Positions 40,475 through 49,620 of a DNA stretch of 64,000 nt are shown here, one piece after another; within the stretch, counting starts at the first letter, position 1; every line of letters begins with the position of its first letter. The notes beneath the pieces are model-generated. The model searched no databases, had not been told where the DNA came from, and saw only the letters and a list, made by a program, of their open reading frames with translations. A program made the position numbers and the translations under genes. The DNA is taken from the IMG/VR virus record IMGVR_UViG_3300027668_000009. One strand, written 5' to 3'. Origin of the DNA: an uncultured virus (IMG/VR IMGVR_UViG_3300027668_000009). Its lineage: Duplodnaviria > Heunggongvirae > Uroviricota > Caudoviricetes.

Positions 40475-40727
40475 TCTGTGACTCCTGCTTCTTGCTGTTC
40501 TCTTTCATTTCGAGAACCACATTTACTTTCTGCTGTAAACGGATTAAATCTTGGTCTAACATTCTGACTTGGTCAATAACTTTAATCAATGCAAAATGCT
40601 GTTTCTCTATCTCGGGTTCTAGTTTTTCACCTACGAACCACCAAATAAAATATATGAAATATCCTAGACCCACCATCATTACAATTGGGAATCCGTAATC
40701 AGATATTACTTGAACGAGACCTTCCAT
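40452..40727 (-). CDS. small membrane protein
   Basis: YGFPIV TM followed by a coiled coil; paralog-like to 40728..41024. Confidence 0.7.
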   Translation of the reverse strand: MEGLVQVISDYGFPIVMMVGLGYFIYFIWWFVGEKLEPEIEKQHFALIKVIDQVRMLDQDLIRLQQKVNVVLEMKENSKKQESQNVEKNRK

Positions 40728-41024
40728 TTAGTCTCTCCTTACATCTAGTTTACCGTCTTCTATAAAGTTCTCTGCTCTTGCAACCCTGTCTATATCGGGT
40801 CTAAGTTCTAACGCTGCAGAGACTAGTAAATCTATCTTAATCATTTCATTGGACATTGTTCTTGCACGATTCTCTAGGGATGTACAGAACATTGTAAGGG
40901 TTTTGATATCATCAACAACACCTTCAAGTATTTGTTTTATGACAAGGAATATGAAAAAGCCCATTACTAAACTTCCAGCAATCGGAGCTCCCACTTCACC
41001 TATCAATACAAATATATCATTCAT
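40728..41024 (-). CDS. small membrane protein
   Basis: VGAPIAG TM followed by a coiled coil; ATAAATA upstream. Confidence 0.7.
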   Translation of the reverse strand: MNDIFVLIGEVGAPIAGSLVMGFFIFLVIKQILEGVVDDIKTLTMFCTSLENRARTMSNEMIKIDLLVSAALELRPDIDRVARAENFIEDGKLDVRRD

Positions 41025-41070
41025 GCATTTATTTATGTTTTTTCTTTATTAGTAAGCACTTACATGGGCT

Positions 41071-41094
41071 AAAAAAAAGAGACGTTTCCATCTC
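41071..41094 (-). terminator. rho-independent terminator
   Basis: GAGATG-GAAA-CGTCTC followed by T8 on the minus strand. Confidence 0.8.
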
Positions 41095-41114
41095 TTTTTC
41101 AAACTCGTATAGAG

Positions 41115-41363
41115 TTACTTCAATTGTTCACGGATTTCACTAATCACAGCAGCCTTGGAGCCAGACTTCTTAACCTTAAGGTTCTTCTTGTCTGCAAGTT
41201 CTACTAGTTGATTCTTAGTCAATTTCTTAAGGTCTGCAACGGTAGTTGGTTTCTCTTGAGTTGACTTGGTCGCTGGTTTCGAAACGGCTTGTTTCTTGTC
41301 ACCTTTGACAGCGAAAAACAAGAATGCAACAGCGAGTATTGCTACTATAACTATTCCGTCCAT
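41115..41363 (-). CDS. membrane-anchored protein with Rho-N-like helical domain
   Basis: N-terminal TM; DLKKLTKNQLVELA...K..VI pattern. Confidence 0.65.
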   Translation of the reverse strand: MDGIVIVAILAVAFLFFAVKGDKKQAVSKPATKSTQEKPTTVADLKKLTKNQLVELADKKNLKVKKSGSKAAVISEIREQLK

Positions 41364-41377
41364 AATGTTCTCCTAAT

Positions 41378-41572
41378 TTATTTATCCAACAATGGATTTT
41401 TATCTTTTGCTTTACCAATGGCAAGTGCAAAGACTTCTATGTATTTATAGCACTTCGCCCAGACGGCATCGTCCTTCGGTGTGTCGGTCATCATTACAAT
41501 GACTGAACATATAGATATGATTGCTGGTATCGCTGACATGAATGCCCAGATACTACTGATTAAATCCCACAT
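41378..41572 (-). CDS. small membrane protein (possibly holin-like)
   Basis: Hydrophobic N-half, TDTPKDD, ALAIGKAK. Confidence 0.6.
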   Translation of the reverse strand: MWDLISSIWAFMSAIPAIISICSVIVMMTDTPKDDAVWAKCYKYIEVFALAIGKAKDKNPLLDK

Positions 41573-41607
41573 AAGTTTCTCCTATTAAAGTTAACAGAAG
41601 TATTTAT

Positions 41608-42018
41608 CTATTTAGTACCACCAATGGAGTACTTTGTTGTAAGTTTCCAGTTAGTTTTTTCTTTGTAAGGTATAATTTTGATTTGTGAAAGGGGTGCAGT
41701 TGGTTCTTCTATCATAGAAGGTGTAACTACTGTGACAAGTTTCCACTGTGCTAGCAGCTGACAGATAGTGTTTCTTCTACCTATATCAGACTCATCTATG
41801 TTAGTGGGTTTACCGTCGAGTTTGAATAACTCTTTGAAGTGAGTGATGTAATACTTACCACGTTTGTGTAGTATGTGACAAGATTGAAATAACTCTTGGT
41901 CTCTTCTAGATGCAACACCTATGCGTGAAAGTGTCTCCCTAATCTTTAGGAAGTCGTCTTTTTCGGGGAAGGTTACCTCAACGAGGTCTTTTACTATTTT
42001 TTCTTGTCCATCATCCAT
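41608..42018 (-). CDS. regA: translational repressor
   Basis: DDFLKIRETLSRIGVAS, QSCHILHKRGKYYITHFKELF. Confidence 0.95.
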   Translation of the reverse strand: MDDGQEKIVKDLVEVTFPEKDDFLKIRETLSRIGVASRRDQELFQSCHILHKRGKYYITHFKELFKLDGKPTNIDESDIGRRNTICQLLAQWKLVTVVTPSMIEEPTAPLSQIKIIPYKEKTNWKLTTKYSIGGTK

Positions 42019-42409
42019 TGTTATTACCACCAATATTCATTCTGTTCTTCAACTCACGTATTTCTTTATCAGACAATAGAGTAAACAATTCTTTTGCTTC
42101 TCTTGTTGACATCTGATAATAGTCTTTTACGACAGTGAGTTTTTTACTAACGTATGGTTTAGCCCATTTTGAAAATCTCTGTCGTTTTCGTAAAGTATTT
42201 AGGAAAAATACGTATTGAAGACGATTGTCTAGACCGTGGCGACAGTTCATTTCGTTAGTAAAGAAAACAGAATCTTGGTGGTAAGACAAAGATTTGTTTA
42301 TAAGGAATGGTTGATATGCTTTCTCTTCGATATCATCAACCATGATATCTTTTTTGTCGGAAGAGACCGACTTAACAAAGTCAAAAGGATTTCGTTTGTT
42401 AGGGTTCAT
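42011..42409 (-). CDS. gp62: clamp loader small subunit
   Basis: YQPFLINKSLS, NEMN, RKRQRFSKW; synteny. Confidence 0.9.
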   Translation of the reverse strand: MNPNKRNPFDFVKSVSSDKKDIMVDDIEEKAYQPFLINKSLSYHQDSVFFTNEMNCRHGLDNRLQYVFFLNTLRKRQRFSKWAKPYVSKKLTVVKDYYQMSTREAKELFTLLSDKEIRELKNRMNIGGNNNG

Positions 42410-42675
42410 TACTTACCTGTTACAGCAGAAAATGAATTGAGTAGGTCATCACCATAAAGAGGTTCACCAAAGAAAACAATTTCACCTGTCTCTCTAATCT
42501 CTCTCTTGACGACACCGTTGTTGTATTCAATATCCAATACTGAACCATCGTTTCCCCTAGTGTCGTACCAGCAGGAGTTTAAGGAATGTGCGTGAAGGGA
42601 TTTGACCTTGTTAGACCACTCCTCTGCGAGAAGTAATCGTCTTTGTTTGTCTACTACTGAATCGTATTCACTCAT
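42409..42675 (-). CDS. hypothetical protein
   Basis: ORF coupled to gp62. Confidence 0.65.
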   Translation of the reverse strand: MSEYDSVVDKQRRLLLAEEWSNKVKSLHAHSLNSCWYDTRGNDGSVLDIEYNNGVVKREIRETGEIVFFGEPLYGDDLLNSFSAVTGK

Positions 42676-42749
42676 TTTTTAATCCCCCATCCTAGGCACC
42701 AACAAGTGGTGACTGTAATTGCAAGTAGTAACATCACTACATCAATCAT
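42672..42749 (-). CDS. 25-aa hydrophobic micropeptide (not in ORF track)
   Basis: MIDVVMLLLAITVTTCWCLGWGIKK with ATGA overlaps at both ends. Confidence 0.5.
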   Translation of the reverse strand: MIDVVMLLLAITVTTCWCLGWGIKK

Positions 42750-43684
42750 TTGAATTTGCATTCTCCCATGACTTCTGTTAGACATGCAACAAAGTTAATC
42801 TCTGAGTCCATTGCAAAAGCTGCTTTGTATTGATAGTCTGCAATTATTAAAACTGCAGCTGGTATTGATTGTGGTTCGAGTTTAGTTTCAAGTGCATTGA
42901 AAACTTTTCGGAATAATGTATTGAAGTCATTGTCGGAATTAGTTCCAACCCACTTCCTCATTGCCGACCAGTTCTTTGACTTAATCATATCGACCAGTGG
43001 TGTTAACTTCTCTTCCGATAAGGTTGAGATGAGTCCACTATCAATTACACCACTTACACCGTAACGTTGAATCTCATTGAGACATCTACGGAAATCGGGG
43101 AAGAACTTCATGATTAATTCTGCAAGGACTTTAGGGTCTGCCTCAATCTTTTCTATCTCACAAATGTTCTTACATCTTGACAACATCTGTTGTGCAAGTT
43201 GAGGTCTTTGTGTTGGTGTTATTGAAAAATCTATAACTGTAGTTCTAGAATGTAATGGTGGAATAATTCTATTCTTGTAATTACATGTAAAGATAAATCT
43301 ACAATTGGACGAGAACTCTTCTATGAAGTTTCTCAAAGCTGGTTGAACTGAGTCTGCAGATATGTAATCTGCTTCGTCTAAGATAACGACCTTTGCACCA
43401 CCCGATAATGAAACCGAAGATGCAAAGTTCTTAATCTTTGTTCTGAGTGTGTCAATCAAACGTCCTTCATCGGAACCGTTGATTACTATAAAGTCTGCAT
43501 CGAGTTCATTACACAATGCTTTTGCAACCGTTGTTTTACCAACACCTGCTGACCCACACAATAATAGGTTAGGTATCTCTCCCTGCTTTACAAATTCCTT
43601 AAAGGTTTCTTTAAGTTCTTTTGGTAGTATGGTGTCCTCAATTGTTTGAGGACGATACTTTTCTACATAGAGAAATTCATTCAT
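42746..43684 (-). CDS. gp44: clamp loader large subunit
   Basis: VEKYRP, GSAGVGKT, ILDEAD, HSR; start 43684. Confidence 0.96.
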   Translation of the reverse strand: MNEFLYVEKYRPQTIEDTILPKELKETFKEFVKQGEIPNLLLCGSAGVGKTTVAKALCNELDADFIVINGSDEGRLIDTLRTKIKNFASSVSLSGGAKVVILDEADYISADSVQPALRNFIEEFSSNCRFIFTCNYKNRIIPPLHSRTTVIDFSITPTQRPQLAQQMLSRCKNICEIEKIEADPKVLAELIMKFFPDFRRCLNEIQRYGVSGVIDSGLISTLSEEKLTPLVDMIKSKNWSAMRKWVGTNSDNDFNTLFRKVFNALETKLEPQSIPAAVLIIADYQYKAAFAMDSEINFVACLTEVMGECKFK

Positions 43685-43781
43685 AGGAGCAAACCCCCCA
43701 CCGAGTTTGCAGTGCAGACAACCCATTGATGAGTGAAGTCTACTCCCGCGTATATTGCAGAGACTGGCACAATATTCACAC
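43685..43781 (-). ncRNA. putative structured cis-regulatory RNA in the gp44 leader
   Basis: Three hairpins and a closing GGGA/UCCU helix that ends at the AUG. Confidence 0.5.
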
Positions 43782-43795
43782 TATTAATATATAGG

Positions 43796-44467
43796 TTAGG
43801 CATTGTATTTGCTGTCTGGCTCCAGTGCAATAAAGTACTCAAGTTCTACATCTACATTATTGAAATGAGATATACCTTTTGATGATACTTGAACATCATA
43901 GTTACCGTCTAGAATTTTAAGATTCTCCATCTTGAAATTCATTTCATAAGATGTACCATCACTCTCTGCTTCTACGATTCTTGAGAACGTATTAGAAGAA
44001 GGACTCTTCTTATCTGTAACAACTAATGTTACGACTGTACCATCTGACTTAAGAACTAAATCATTAACACCTAGAACTGCAGCTGCTTTCTTCAAGTCAC
44101 CTAACAATGTGGATGTTACTTTGAATTCAATCTCTGCCTCTGGCATAGTTATCATCTTGTCGGGTGCAGTCACCATACCTTCCGCTGCATAGAAATATGC
44201 GAGAGAGGAATTGTTATCTGCCACAGACAATGACGAAGCATTGAATTGGAAGTCGGGGTCATCCATTAAGGATGTTGCACCTAAGAATTCTGGCAAGTTG
44301 TATATACTGAAGTCTTGAGGGAATTCCTCAGACACAGTTGCAACTGCAAGAATGTTTTTCATATTGGAAATAGTTTCCAGTTTGTTGCCTGTTTTGACTC
44401 GAATGCCCGAGTTTATAGTCGAGAAGTTCTTTAGAACATCTTTTGTATCATTACTAATTTTCATCAC
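43796..44467 (-). CDS. gp45: sliding clamp
   Basis: LKNFSTINS, IYNLPEFL, YFIALE; synteny. Confidence 0.93.
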   Translation of the reverse strand: MMKISNDTKDVLKNFSTINSGIRVKTGNKLETISNMKNILAVATVSEEFPQDFSIYNLPEFLGATSLMDDPDFQFNASSLSVADNNSSLAYFYAAEGMVTAPDKMITMPEAEIEFKVTSTLLGDLKKAAAVLGVNDLVLKSDGTVVTLVVTDKKSPSSNTFSRIVEAESDGTSYEMNFKMENLKILDGNYDVQVSSKGISHFNNVDVELEYFIALEPDSKYNA

Positions 44468-44790
44468 TAGTTAGTCTCCTTTTTGTAGCCCGATTCCTCG
44501 AGCAATAATTTATCGTGGTTGTTAAGGGCAAGGAATCCATAATGGATTACCTTCAATAGGTCGGCACGATTCTTCCCACCCTTTTTCCCATATCTCTGGG
44601 CATATTTCATAATATTCCCAACACAGAATCCTTCACCGTGACCTGCGTCCATGATAAACTCTGTTGCTTGATATTTGTTAAGACTATAATGTTGGTCGTA
44701 AGTCGAGTCAACATATGAAGTGAACTCCTTTAAGAGTTCTCCTTCATTGTATTTGTAGTCTACAGTCTTAATAGTTTTATTCCAATACAT
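44467..44790 (-). CDS. conserved hypothetical protein (DUF3310-like)
   Basis: TYDQHY, GFCVGNIMKYAQRYGKK, DLLKVIHY. Confidence 0.75.
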   Translation of the reverse strand: MYWNKTIKTVDYKYNEGELLKEFTSYVDSTYDQHYSLNKYQATEFIMDAGHGEGFCVGNIMKYAQRYGKKGGKNRADLLKVIHYGFLALNNHDKLLLEESGYKKETN

Positions 44791-44805
44791 GATACTAGTA
44801 TACTC

Positions 44806-46044
44806 CTAGTAGTCCGATTGGTCAATAGTGTTTTCTGAACTTTCTGCATTCAAGTCGATGCCTGCATCAATCTTGGAGTAGAGGTCAAGAATACTGTTTC
44901 TAGTTTCTTCGTCGAACCTAGAGATACACATTGTAATTGACTTGAGTTTGTCATTGAACATTCTGAATGCATTGACAATGTGAACAAGTCTTCTAGTCGT
45001 AACAACATCGTCGATACCACCTTCGTAATATGTTTTTCTAATGATGTCAGCCCAGTCAACAAGTTTCTCACAGAACTCTGTGTCAACTTCACCAGTAAGA
45101 CCCATCTCTTTTGTAAGGATTGTCTTCTCAATTTTCACTGGTGGATATTCTTGTTGCATCGTAATTGCAAACCTTTCCAACATCGCTTCGTTCATGATTT
45201 GAGTTCCAATGAACTTTCCATCGTCTGAACCTTGACCTTTAGTGTTTGCAGTTGCAAGAACTGTAAACCCAGCAGTAGGTGAAACCCACTCACCAGTCTT
45301 CTTAATAAGGTAACCTTTACCTTCTAGAACTGATTGTAGACACATCAACTTGTTAGAACCTAAGTCCACTTCGTCAAGAAGTAACACGGCACCTTTTCTC
45401 ATTGCTTTGATAACTGGGCCTTCTCTAAAGATGACGTTACCATTCTGCAAAGTGTGACCACCCATTAGGTCGTCCTCATCGGTCTCGATAGTAATGTTAA
45501 CTCTGTAAAGTTCTCTCTTCAATTGAGCACAAGTTTGTTCTATCATTAACGTTTTACCATTACCACTCAGACCAGTAACGAATACTGGAAAGAACAATTT
45601 GGATTTGATAATGTTCTTGACATCTTTGAAATGTCCGAAAGGAACATAGTTAGACATAATCTCGGGGATGATTTTAACACCATCGTCGAGTAGATTGACT
45701 GACTCTGTTTGAGCTGCAACTGGCATATTACTTGGGGAAGCAATTGATGTAATTGGAGCAGCCTTTGTAGAAACTGCAACTGGAACATCATCTGAATACC
45801 CACCGTTATAACCAGTGATAACTGCTTGAAGGTTGTACAACAAAGGCCCAGTCTCTTGGGTTTCTTTGAAGTCATACTTCGAGGATTTTATCCATGAAGG
45901 GAAATATCCATCAAAGGCATCTTTGATTTCTTTCCTTCCAAAGGAAGTTTGGTTAGGGAATTTCGTAACGAGTTCTCCCAAAAACTCAGCCCTGTCGGGT
46001 GTGTAAGAAAATTTCTTACCGTTAACATCAATTGAATTTGTCAT
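44806..46044 (-). CDS. cobS: CobS/MoxR-like AAA+ ATPase
   Basis: GLSGNGKT, LLLDEVD, ATANTKG, ERF; start likely 46044. Confidence 0.88.
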   Translation of the reverse strand: MTNSIDVNGKKFSYTPDRAEFLGELVTKFPNQTSFGRKEIKDAFDGYFPSWIKSSKYDFKETQETGPLLYNLQAVITGYNGGYSDDVPVAVSTKAAPITSIASPSNMPVAAQTESVNLLDDGVKIIPEIMSNYVPFGHFKDVKNIIKSKLFFPVFVTGLSGNGKTLMIEQTCAQLKRELYRVNITIETDEDDLMGGHTLQNGNVIFREGPVIKAMRKGAVLLLDEVDLGSNKLMCLQSVLEGKGYLIKKTGEWVSPTAGFTVLATANTKGQGSDDGKFIGTQIMNEAMLERFAITMQQEYPPVKIEKTILTKEMGLTGEVDTEFCEKLVDWADIIRKTYYEGGIDDVVTTRRLVHIVNAFRMFNDKLKSITMCISRFDEETRNSILDLYSKIDAGIDLNAESSENTIDQSDY

Positions 46045-46084
46045 ATAGTCTCCTTGTCTTTCAATTTGTTTTCTCATCATGTAT

Positions 46085-46114
46085 ATAATAACAAAAAGCT
46101 GGGGGCATTGTCAA
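46085..46114 (-). promoter_or_regulatory. early promoter (conserved family)
   Basis: GCC-TTGACA-ATGCCCCCAGCTTTTTGT-TATTAT. Confidence 0.75.
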
Positions 46115-46116
46115 GG

Positions 46117-46389
46117 CTACTTTAGCGACTCGAATCTAGTTCCCATTTTCTCTAAGCATTTCACAACGCCCTTCTTGTTTCTTTCGGTCAAATAGTTCTC
46201 ACCTTTGTTGACCCATATTCTGAATGCAAAGCATTCCTTTTCTTCAGACTTACATTCTTGTATCTTTGGACAATCATGGAATGTACATGGGGCAGGCCCA
46301 ACATCCATAACTGCATCTGCAAATTTGGAATAGTCTGATTGGTGGTTTATGTAATACGCCTCGTCTACTCTAAGTGGGTCTCTATTCAT
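46117..46389 (-). CDS. Cys-rich hypothetical protein
   Basis: PC...CP....C......C motif. Confidence 0.65.
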   Translation of the reverse strand: MNRDPLRVDEAYYINHQSDYSKFADAVMDVGPAPCTFHDCPKIQECKSEEKECFAFRIWVNKGENYLTERNKKGVVKCLEKMGTRFESLK

Positions 46390-48758
46390 TATGATATCTC
46401 CTTGATAAATTCATTTGTTAAAAATCTTGATGTAGTTTTTGCTCTCTGATTTCTTTTGAAAGCTGCCATGACTTTTGACTTCTTGGCATCGAACAATTCG
46501 TCGGACAGTTCGTCTGAACCTTCAGCCGATAACGATGAGGTTGCAGTCAAGAATAATTTTCCGTATCCGTGAGCCTCAACAACCAATCCGTTTTTTCTAA
46601 TCTCCATCCAAAGAGCTCTGTCGTTATGGTAAACTGTATCTTTATGTTCTGTGTATTGCATGATGTCCATCATGTCTGCTTTCTTGTCTAGGCAGAAGTA
46701 ACCAGTGACAGTAACGTTACAAGTTTTTGACAACCAAGACAAAAGGTTCTGAGTCTTTTTGAAGTCATTGCTGTATCTTGCACTGTATCTGTTACTTCTC
46801 TGAATTTCTTGATAAGGAAATACTTTGTTATCGTAAGGGTCAATGATTTCTGTCATCTCATTCATATCCCAAGAATCTATTCCTTGTGCTTTTGCCCAGT
46901 CGTATTTCTCATCTCTATCCCCATCATTAAGAAGTGGAGAAGAGTGTGAGTAACCATCTGTGATAACTGTTAAGATTGACTTCTCGATACTGTATGCAGT
47001 GTTGAACTCAGGCAGTAACTTTCTCATTGCAACTAAACAATGGTTCAGAGGAGTGCCACCTAATCTGTAATTGACAGGTCTGCAACCAGTGTTGAAGTGA
47101 ACGTAGTACTCATTCTCGTCAAGTAGTAACTCAGAGTCATTGTAAAACTCATTATGTTTTGCAATAGTCTTCTCAGAACTTCTCCATCCAAACTTTCCTA
47201 GGAAGTGATTGTTCCAAAGAGCTGCAACGTTCTTCATCATCTTTGTATATTTTTTGTTGTTCATTTCGTTAGAGAATATTTCTACAAGGTTTCCTGCGTC
47301 GGTACCGTAAGTGTATTCTTCTTCCGCTGCATATGCATCTGAGAACAAGTAGATTCTGTGAGGGATGTTAGTCGCTCTACAGAATTCTGAAAGGATAATT
47401 GTTTGTTCTAATAAGTCAGCACAACTGTTACCAATTGAACCACTCCAATCAAGTAAAACATTCACACCATGATTTTGTCCATCTGGCAAGTAAGTAACTC
47501 TTTTGAAAACGTCATCGACGATTTGATACTTTGCAAGTTTGTTCATGTCTAACTTTCCAGTTTTACCACTGAAAGCTTTAACACTTCTCATTGCAGTCTG
47601 TCTCATTTCAAATTCTTTTGCCATGTGCATAACAAGTTTCTTGTTCTTGTCTCTAAGTTTCTTAGAAGTGAACTCTGCTCTGTAATCTGATTTCGACTTG
47701 TTTTCTTTGACCCAAAAAGTATCCCAGTCAGCAAGAACTTTATCATGACCGATAACTAAATCAACATTTGATTTCTTTTTGAAAACTTCTCTTAAGTTTA
47801 TTTGAGTTCTCCATGTTGGAGTGTCTTCTTGAAACATCTCTTCATTGTTATGTGCATTATGTTCAGTGATTGATTCCCTTGCTCCTTGAGCATCGTCGAA
47901 GTCTTCGGCAGTACCTTGACTACCCTCTTTACCACCAGTAGATTTTCTACCTTCTTCTTCTGACTCGTCATCGTCTTCATCGGTGTCATCTGAATCATCA
48001 CCACCGTCACCGTACTCGGGTGCTTCTGGCAGGTTGTCTTCACTATCGTCTTCGTCTTCTTCTTCTGAGTCTGAAGTATCATCGTTCCACTCTTCAGAAC
48101 CAGTTGACTCGTCACCTTCTTCTTGGTCTTCGTCGTCGTCTCCCTCGGAAGGAATGTAAGTCTGAGGAACTAATGCTTCGTCGTCTTCAGTTCTTGTCTC
48201 GTTTTCTTTAGACCACTCATAGATAGCAGTTGCACAAACCACAACGTCTTCCCAAGTCTGACAAGCTTCTGCCATGTCTAGGAATACTTGTTCTTCTTTT
48301 GTTAGGTTGATTGTAATTCTTGAACCACACTTAGTAATAAGATTAATCTTATCAATTATTGAAAGTTCCTGTAAGTCTCTTTTTGCAATTCCGAAGAAGT
48401 CCTTTTCCATCAACTCATTGTATGCAGTGTAGAAAGATTTTCTTAGTCCTTGAAATTTTAGTTTGATTGCTTTCTCAATTCTGACATCCTCAACAACGTT
48501 AAGGTAACCTTTAAGAGTTTTGTTTTTAGTCAATGCATTATGAAGACCCTCGTAAGGTGTGTTCAATGCATGACCAACTTCGTGACCCATGAACAAGTCA
48601 TAAAGTTCATTACTAATTCCTTCTTTGAAAGTAGGACAAGCAAGTATCCTATTCTTGACATCGAAGTATGCAGTAGGTATTGGTTTGTGAACAATAGTAA
48701 TGTTCTCAGTCGCCATTAACTTTGCAAGTTGGTCTTTTTGGTTTCTAGTATTTGTCAT
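46389..48758 (-). CDS. CobT-like protein: HExxH domain, acidic linker, VWA domain
   Basis: HEVGH, NVVEDVRIE, DWSGS (MIDAS), GGTPL, ITDG. Confidence 0.85.
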   Translation of the reverse strand: MTNTRNQKDQLAKLMATENITIVHKPIPTAYFDVKNRILACPTFKEGISNELYDLFMGHEVGHALNTPYEGLHNALTKNKTLKGYLNVVEDVRIEKAIKLKFQGLRKSFYTAYNELMEKDFFGIAKRDLQELSIIDKINLITKCGSRITINLTKEEQVFLDMAEACQTWEDVVVCATAIYEWSKENETRTEDDEALVPQTYIPSEGDDDEDQEEGDESTGSEEWNDDTSDSEEEDEDDSEDNLPEAPEYGDGGDDSDDTDEDDDESEEEGRKSTGGKEGSQGTAEDFDDAQGARESITEHNAHNNEEMFQEDTPTWRTQINLREVFKKKSNVDLVIGHDKVLADWDTFWVKENKSKSDYRAEFTSKKLRDKNKKLVMHMAKEFEMRQTAMRSVKAFSGKTGKLDMNKLAKYQIVDDVFKRVTYLPDGQNHGVNVLLDWSGSIGNSCADLLEQTIILSEFCRATNIPHRIYLFSDAYAAEEEYTYGTDAGNLVEIFSNEMNNKKYTKMMKNVAALWNNHFLGKFGWRSSEKTIAKHNEFYNDSELLLDENEYYVHFNTGCRPVNYRLGGTPLNHCLVAMRKLLPEFNTAYSIEKSILTVITDGYSHSSPLLNDGDRDEKYDWAKAQGIDSWDMNEMTEIIDPYDNKVFPYQEIQRSNRYSARYSNDFKKTQNLLSWLSKTCNVTVTGYFCLDKKADMMDIMQYTEHKDTVYHNDRALWMEIRKNGLVVEAHGYGKLFLTATSSLSAEGSDELSDELFDAKKSKVMAAFKRNQRAKTTSRFLTNEFIKEIS

Positions 48759-48786
48759 AATTAATTTGTTTCCCGATTCAGACTAT

Positions 48787-48816
48787 AGTATATCAAAATA
48801 GCTGATGCATTGTCAA
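48787..48816 (-). promoter_or_regulatory. early promoter (conserved family)
   Basis: GCC-TTGACA-ATGCATCAGCTATTTTGA-TATACT. Confidence 0.75.
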
Positions 48817-48819
48817 GGC

Positions 48820-49002
48820 TTAGATTGTAATAAATTTTCGTCTTGATTTTGAGAATTGTTTCATTGGAGACTTGAAGATGATTTCTTCAGTGGTTCCTTG
48901 TTTGATATAACCAACTAACTGTAAAGCTTTGTTTACTATGTAAGTGTGGTTCTTGCATGGGTATTCACCCCAATCTGTAATCTCTTTTAAATAAGTATTC
49001 AT
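48820..49002 (-). CDS. hypothetical protein
   Basis: LKEITDW..NHTY...FSKSRRKF. Confidence 0.7.
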   Translation of the reverse strand: MNTYLKEITDWGEYPCKNHTYIVNKALQLVGYIKQGTTEEIIFKSPMKQFSKSRRKFITI

Positions 49003-49166
49003 TATACAGTATCCAAATGTGTTCTAAGTTGATTGAAATATACCTTTCCAATATTTGGATAATTCATAACCTGTCTATAGTGTTGAACAATATTTTCCTT
49101 AGTAAGTTTGACACCAAGGTCACTTTCAATCCAAGACAATACTATTAAGAATTTTTGATGTTTCAT
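49002..49166 (-). CDS. hypothetical protein (54 aa, not in ORF track)
   Basis: MKHQKFLIVLSWIESDLG...; TAATG coupling at both ends. Confidence 0.6.
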   Translation of the reverse strand: MKHQKFLIVLSWIESDLGVKLTKENIVQHYRQVMNYPNIGKVYFNQLRTHLDTV

Positions 49167-49462
49167 TATGCAGCGACCTTTAAGTAGGTAGTGTATGATT
49201 CGTAGTGACCACTTGTTCCGATTGCAGAGTTGTCACATCCTCTTCCGTCTGTCCACATTTCTAACTCGATGTTATCATATGAAGTTGAAGGGATTAACAC
49301 TTTAGGATATTTTTGTTTAAGGTTCCAATCATACTCGTGGTTGATTGATGTAATCTTGACGACTAGATGGTCGTCATGAATTTCTTTGAGGTAACCATTG
49401 TAGTAGTCACCGTTCTGTTTCCACTGTACTTGTTCGTACTCTTCTAACCACTCATCCCACAT
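49166..49462 (-). CDS. hypothetical protein
   Basis: Start MWDEWLEE at 49462 with AAGGAG SD. Confidence 0.65.
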   Translation of the reverse strand: MWDEWLEEYEQVQWKQNGDYYNGYLKEIHDDHLVVKITSINHEYDWNLKQKYPKVLIPSTSYDNIELEMWTDGRGCDNSAIGTSGHYESYTTYLKVAA

Positions 49463-49587
49463 TATGACTGACTCCTTAAAAGTGCAGTTGCATATTCCGT
49501 CATGGAAACACCCTCGGCACCAGTGTACTTTGATAACTTGCTGATGTTTACAGCAGTAAGTTTCATACAGATTTCTTGAATAGTCAT
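49462..49587 (-). CDS. hypothetical protein (41 aa)
   Basis: MTIQEICMKL... with GAGG SD, first gene after an early promoter. Confidence 0.55.
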   Translation of the reverse strand: MTIQEICMKLTAVNISKLSKYTGAEGVSMTEYATALLRSQS

Positions 49588-49620
49588 ATTTGTTCCTCTT
49601 TGATTTTTCATTATATACAT

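Noticed and set aside
47880..48210. Low-complexity TCx repeats
   Set aside because: They encode the acidic D/E linker of the CobT-like protein and are not a DNA repeat array.
44806..48758. cobS/cobT as cobalamin-synthesis auxiliary genes
   Set aside because: A MoxR AAA + VWA pair is a common T4-like module, and there is no cobN or other cob gene in the window.
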